NCBI GenBank assembly: GCA_964036045.1
Contig: OZ038379.1
Location: 12,524,001 to 12,588,000 of the forward strand
DNA length: 64,000 bases
From: Eutreptiella sp. 'Long Island Sound 2002'
Taxonomy: Eukaryota; Protista; Euglenida
Reading direction: 5' to 3'
Positions 59,831 to 64,000 of the stretch are shown one piece after another. The notes beneath the pieces were generated by a model that saw only the letters and a program-made list of their open reading frames with translations, ran no database searches and was not told the origin of the DNA. How positions within the stretch are numbered: position 1 is the stretch's first letter; each line of letters opens with the position of its first letter. The translations under genes were made by a program, and so were the position numbers.

Positions 59831-60389
59831 GTGTGGCAGCATTGTGGCCCCCCGGTGGCGTAGCTGTTGCATTTCCATGTGTGGGCGCTGTGTGATGCGG
59901 TCCCCAGTTTCAGCGTATTGCAAGAGCTGTGCAATGGGAAGGATGGAGTGTTACTGCCGTTGTGCCAGTGTCAGGTCGTTGCTCAGTGGCAACCGCCTCC
60001 CCCCTCCCACCTGTGGACAGTGGAGCTGATGAAGGTGTGGCGGATGACGAATTGGGAAAGGGGACTTTACCCCTCGACTTTTGTACACTCAAAATGCTTA
60101 GAAAAGCAATGAATGCCCCTGAAACTCGGATATCAATTGTGGACCCCCCCTCCAGCCCCCCCTGCTCACGCCGCGGGGGTTGGGGTCCAATGAGCGAACT
60201 GACCCCCCCCCCCCCCCTTTTTTGCGGATAGAATTCACTGCCACAAATGAGCTGTACCTGCACCAGTTCAGCAACATGCAGTGAGGGGCACCGGTCCACG
60301 CAAGTCACATGTTGGGCATGTGCACGTCAGCACGCAACGGCCTGACCACCAGCAACGCTGGTCCATGGGATGTTAGCACCCTGTTGCGC

Positions 60390-60572
60390 TTCACCTCTAG
60401 CAGACAGCACTGTGCTTGCATGATGCAAACACTGGGTCTCCCCCCCCTCTGGGCAGGCAGTCTGGGGCCTAGTGACGTGAACGGAGCAAAAAGGAAAACA
60501 GTGCACAAAGGATTGTATTCTCTGGCACCTTTCTCCCAATGCAGCCCCCTCGCGTGTATACTGACAGTCATG
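60390..60572 (+). repeat. 183-bp third copy of an internal segment of the 2-kb duplicated intron
   Basis: Matches 56431-56613 (and 44478-44660) with one substitution seen (ggggcct vs ggggctt). Confidence 0.9.
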
Positions 60573-63500
60573 GGGGTGGCGTCTGTCTGGCCTGACTTGG
60601 GGGAGCGTTGGGGGATGCAGGTGTGGAAGCTGGGGTTGGAGGGGGCTGCACTGGGGTGTGTGGGCACTGGGGGCACTGGGGCAGGCCTGGAGGCCTCCAA
60701 AGAGGCAGTATTGGCATTTTGCTGCGTGACCCCATGTCCGGCGGTGCGTTCACATGGTCTGCGCGCCAAGCCCCACTGCCGGTGCAGCTGCGTGCCGCTG
60801 TCCTCTGGCCCCCCCCTCACCCCCATTTCCCTCAGCCGCCCCGATAGCGACTGCGGAACGCGCTCAGACCACCGCCACGTCATCAACGCTGCAACAGCGA
60901 CAGCGACCGCAGCAGCTTGTAGTTGGTTCCACCACCAGCGTTTGGGGTGGGGACAGGCAGCTGGAACGGCCCGTGGTTGCAGCTGTGAATCATGATTGCG
61001 TCAATCCGTGCAATTTTGCCCCTTGGAATGTCTTTTTGGTGCGGCATTGTCCACCAGGGATCACCTCATGGGGTAATTGCAGCCCGGAAGGAAGCACAAC
61101 AGACGCAAACATTTTGCAGGAAGCATCACAGTTCCAGATTTTGTGTTTTTGGGGGACACCCCCCCCTGTATCCTTTTGTTTACATATGATGTGGCTGCTT
61201 TCATGGCTGCCTCACACAGCCAGCACTGCAATGCGAACGGCATTTACTAGGGTGCTGCTTTGGAATAGCTCTGTTTACAGCTGGAGGGTGCAGCTTTGGT
61301 ATGAATGCGTAGCTTACCACCGGCTATTGAACAGCAGCCGCTTGGCTGTGTCGTCAGGATGGACACCATCGTAAGGGACATAGGGAACATGCACCTGGCT
61401 TTTTAGGAATACATACGGGGCTGGTTACGGGGGTACAGAGGGCTGGCGTGTCTTCCAAATGACAGCAGGCTCTTGCTTCTCCCTCTTCTCTTACTCCATT
61501 TGCGATGCCCTGCTGCCAACAAAGCAGGGCTGGCCACAGAGTGCCAGCAGTGATGCGAAGCCTTGTGTGCCATACAACTAGAGCACAGTAGTCAAAGTAG
61601 TGCAAGCAGCTTTTTGACCAAAAAAGTAAGCGGGAGAATTATCCCAACAATTTGGAGCATATACACAGGTCTGGCTCAGTTCTACCTGTCTGAGCCCATG
61701 TAGATGTCTGGGAGCAAAGACTCTGACAGGACTGAGCACCTACGGGTTGCCTGCTGTCGTCCCGCTGAATTTGTTGAAAGTATTTTGCGGCCAATCCTGG
61801 TCACCTACATACACTACACATTTGGCGGGAATGTCCCTTGGGTCTTGGCACTTTGAGGCATTTCTGCTGGAGGTCGTGCACAGAGAATCAGGAGAACTGT
61901 CTGGATCAGGCCTGTTCATTTGCTTTCAACGCTGGCATGTGCGGTTTCTCGTTGGTTTTATTCTTATTTATCTTGCCCCCCAGCCCTTCTTGCGCCTAGT
62001 CATCGGTTAAGATGTGTTTTTCGCGGCAGGAATATAAATGGGAAGTTGGATTCCCTGTGTGTGTGACTGAGGACATCTGATCTGCAGCTCAGAGGTAAAA
62101 TGCTTCCGTCCTTCAATGGTTGTTGTGAGTGCGAACCTTTGGTGCATACAGATGGGGTCATCTCGGGTCATCTCAGCGGTAGGCAACAATGAGGGGTGGC
62201 CGGAATCAAGGTGGGTAAGTTTATAGTTCCCACTGTATCCTGTTGTCCTACCCTTGTCCAAGCACCCACTGGGTGAATATGTTCAAATTTGGACCGAATG
62301 CTTGTGCGGTTCGTTGTGACAAAGGAATTCGCCGGGGTGCTCCACCTTTTGGTTCGGGGAGGACCATAAAGCGGATGCTATGGTGAGTCTCGAATATATC
62401 TTTGGTGTGAGGCTACGGGCTGTGGGAGGACAGCTGTGTCGTTGCAGGAAAGTTACCACGCTTGTTTTAGCCGACGGCACAATAGCGACAAGCTCCCTGC
62501 TGCTGCGCATGTGCCGAGCGCCACGCTGCTGCCCATGTGCATGATTCTGTGCAGCTGCCCATGTGTGCGGCCCCCTGGTGCTGCCCATAGGCACTGCTCC
62601 CTGTTACCCCCCCCATGCACATTGCTCTGCTGCTGCCCGTTTGCAAAGCTCTTTGCTGCTGCCCTGTTGCACAGCTCCTTGTTGCTGCCTGCATGAACGC
62701 GTTGCCATGCTGCCCATGTGCACAGCTGCCCATGCGCACAACTCCCGCTCTGATGTGCGGACCCCTGTGTTGCCGGCCGAGTTCACTGCTCCCTCCTGCA
62801 ACACTATACATGTGCTTTTGAGCATAGTTTTGGTGGCATCCCAAAGTCAGTAACAAGGCCCCAGAAGTAGTGTGCGGCGTCTGGGGAAGTGGCGAGCAGG
62901 TCATGGTATTCAACCCCCCAAATTTTCTTTTTACTCCTGCGTAATGAGTACAATAGGGGCACTCTGTATGCATGATGTGCTTAATCTCTGCCATCATTGT
63001 CTCCCACCCAGGGCACGGCTTAGTGTCGAATTTTACCTGTAATGGTGTGGGGGGGCCAGAGGCCAAAAATGTTTTTGTGTACCTAAAATCGGCCTCCAAT
63101 TTCGGGCCCCTTTGATAGATTTCTTTTTTTTTTCTTTCCGGAGGAAACATTTTTGATGTGGGTGGGGGGTAGGTCAGGCAGAGGAGCCCCAGACCGCCAT
63201 TCCGCCCCTCCCCCACCCCCCAGTTACAGTGATGCCACCTGTCACATTCTTCTTCTGCACACTGTTGCGTTTGATGTTTTTTCCTTCCTGCACAACATCA
63301 CCAAGGCACCCTGTCCTGTAGCATGTGTGGGTCTTGATCCTGGGTGCCCTGCCGCATGGTTGTTTGTTGTTGTTGTTCTGGTTAGTGGTTTTGCAGCTTA
63401 CAAGTGAGGAGCCGTCACTCTATCCAGGAGGTTGGGCGCGCGCTTGGCCGATTGCCTGGCAGCTCTGGCTGGGACCCCAAAGAGGGGCCGACATTTGCGA

Positions 63501-64000
63501 AGGTAAGGGCAAGTGGGATATGGCAGGGAGCACATGACCAGCCAATTTTAAACAAACCACATGTCTGGTTTCAGATTTGCATTATGTGGCTTGACTGTCA
63601 TTGTGTGTGCTGGCAATTACAAGGGGGAAATAATACGCCCGGCGTCTCGGATGTGAACACTGGAAAAAAAAAATCACCACTGTCAATTGCCCACCCGAGT
63701 GTTTCACGCTTACAGAATGTCAGGAACATCCTATCTGATTCAAGTGAGACAGAAATAATTGTGGCTCAGAGTTTCTCTCATTGTCACCGTGGTATGGAAT
63801 GTGGTCAGATCTGTCAATGTCTGTCTTTCAGCAAAGCACAACGTCATGGAGTTGTCTTTTTCATACGGCATGGGTTTTGGAAAAAGCTTCGAGCCTCTTT
63901 CCGCGAGTCAAGAATGGCATCCATTTTTAACAACACCCTGAGGGTCGACATAATTTAGATTGCCAATGTGCAACAGCAAGCAGACATGCGGCTGCATTGC

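Noticed and set aside
59864-61374. Further HIRA exons (e.g. FCTLKMLRKAM near 60080; LEGAAL at 61281)
   Set aside because: Similarity is too weak and splice boundaries are ambiguous without transcript data.
1-64000. rRNA and tRNA genes
   Set aside because: No conserved rRNA segments or tRNA cloverleaf with A/B boxes recognised by eye; a tRNAscan/Infernal run would be needed to exclude them.

Overview
Repeat-rich eukaryotic genomic DNA, most likely from a euglenid. This is inferred from a relict euglenid spliced-leader sequence, GT-AG introns, (TG)n/(CA)n tracts and long G/C homopolymers. Recognisable genes, all on the + strand: an intronless DUF4202-family gene (4675-5352), an intronless membrane hybrid histidine kinase/receiver (17305-19356), a split importin-7/8-like gene starting at 39724, and exons of a HIRA-like gene (54574 to about 59830). 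Mobile DNA: a decayed DIRS/LTR-type RT with a foldback element that captured its YMDD core, the 3' end of a non-LTR element with RNase H, and a decayed Penelope-like element with an N-terminal GIY-YIG domain abutting a 5.6-kb array of a 37-bp minisatellite. The most striking observation is a 2.0-kb sequence that occurs twice at about 99.8% identity (42706-44706 and 54661-56659). Both copies run from a GT to an AG, one directly after the HIRA B-motif exon and the other apparently inside the importin-like gene, which carries a genomic spliced-leader relic. This suggests intron transposition into a retroposed gene. No rRNA, tRNA or CRISPR array was found. All assignments come from motif recognition by eye; no database searches were run.
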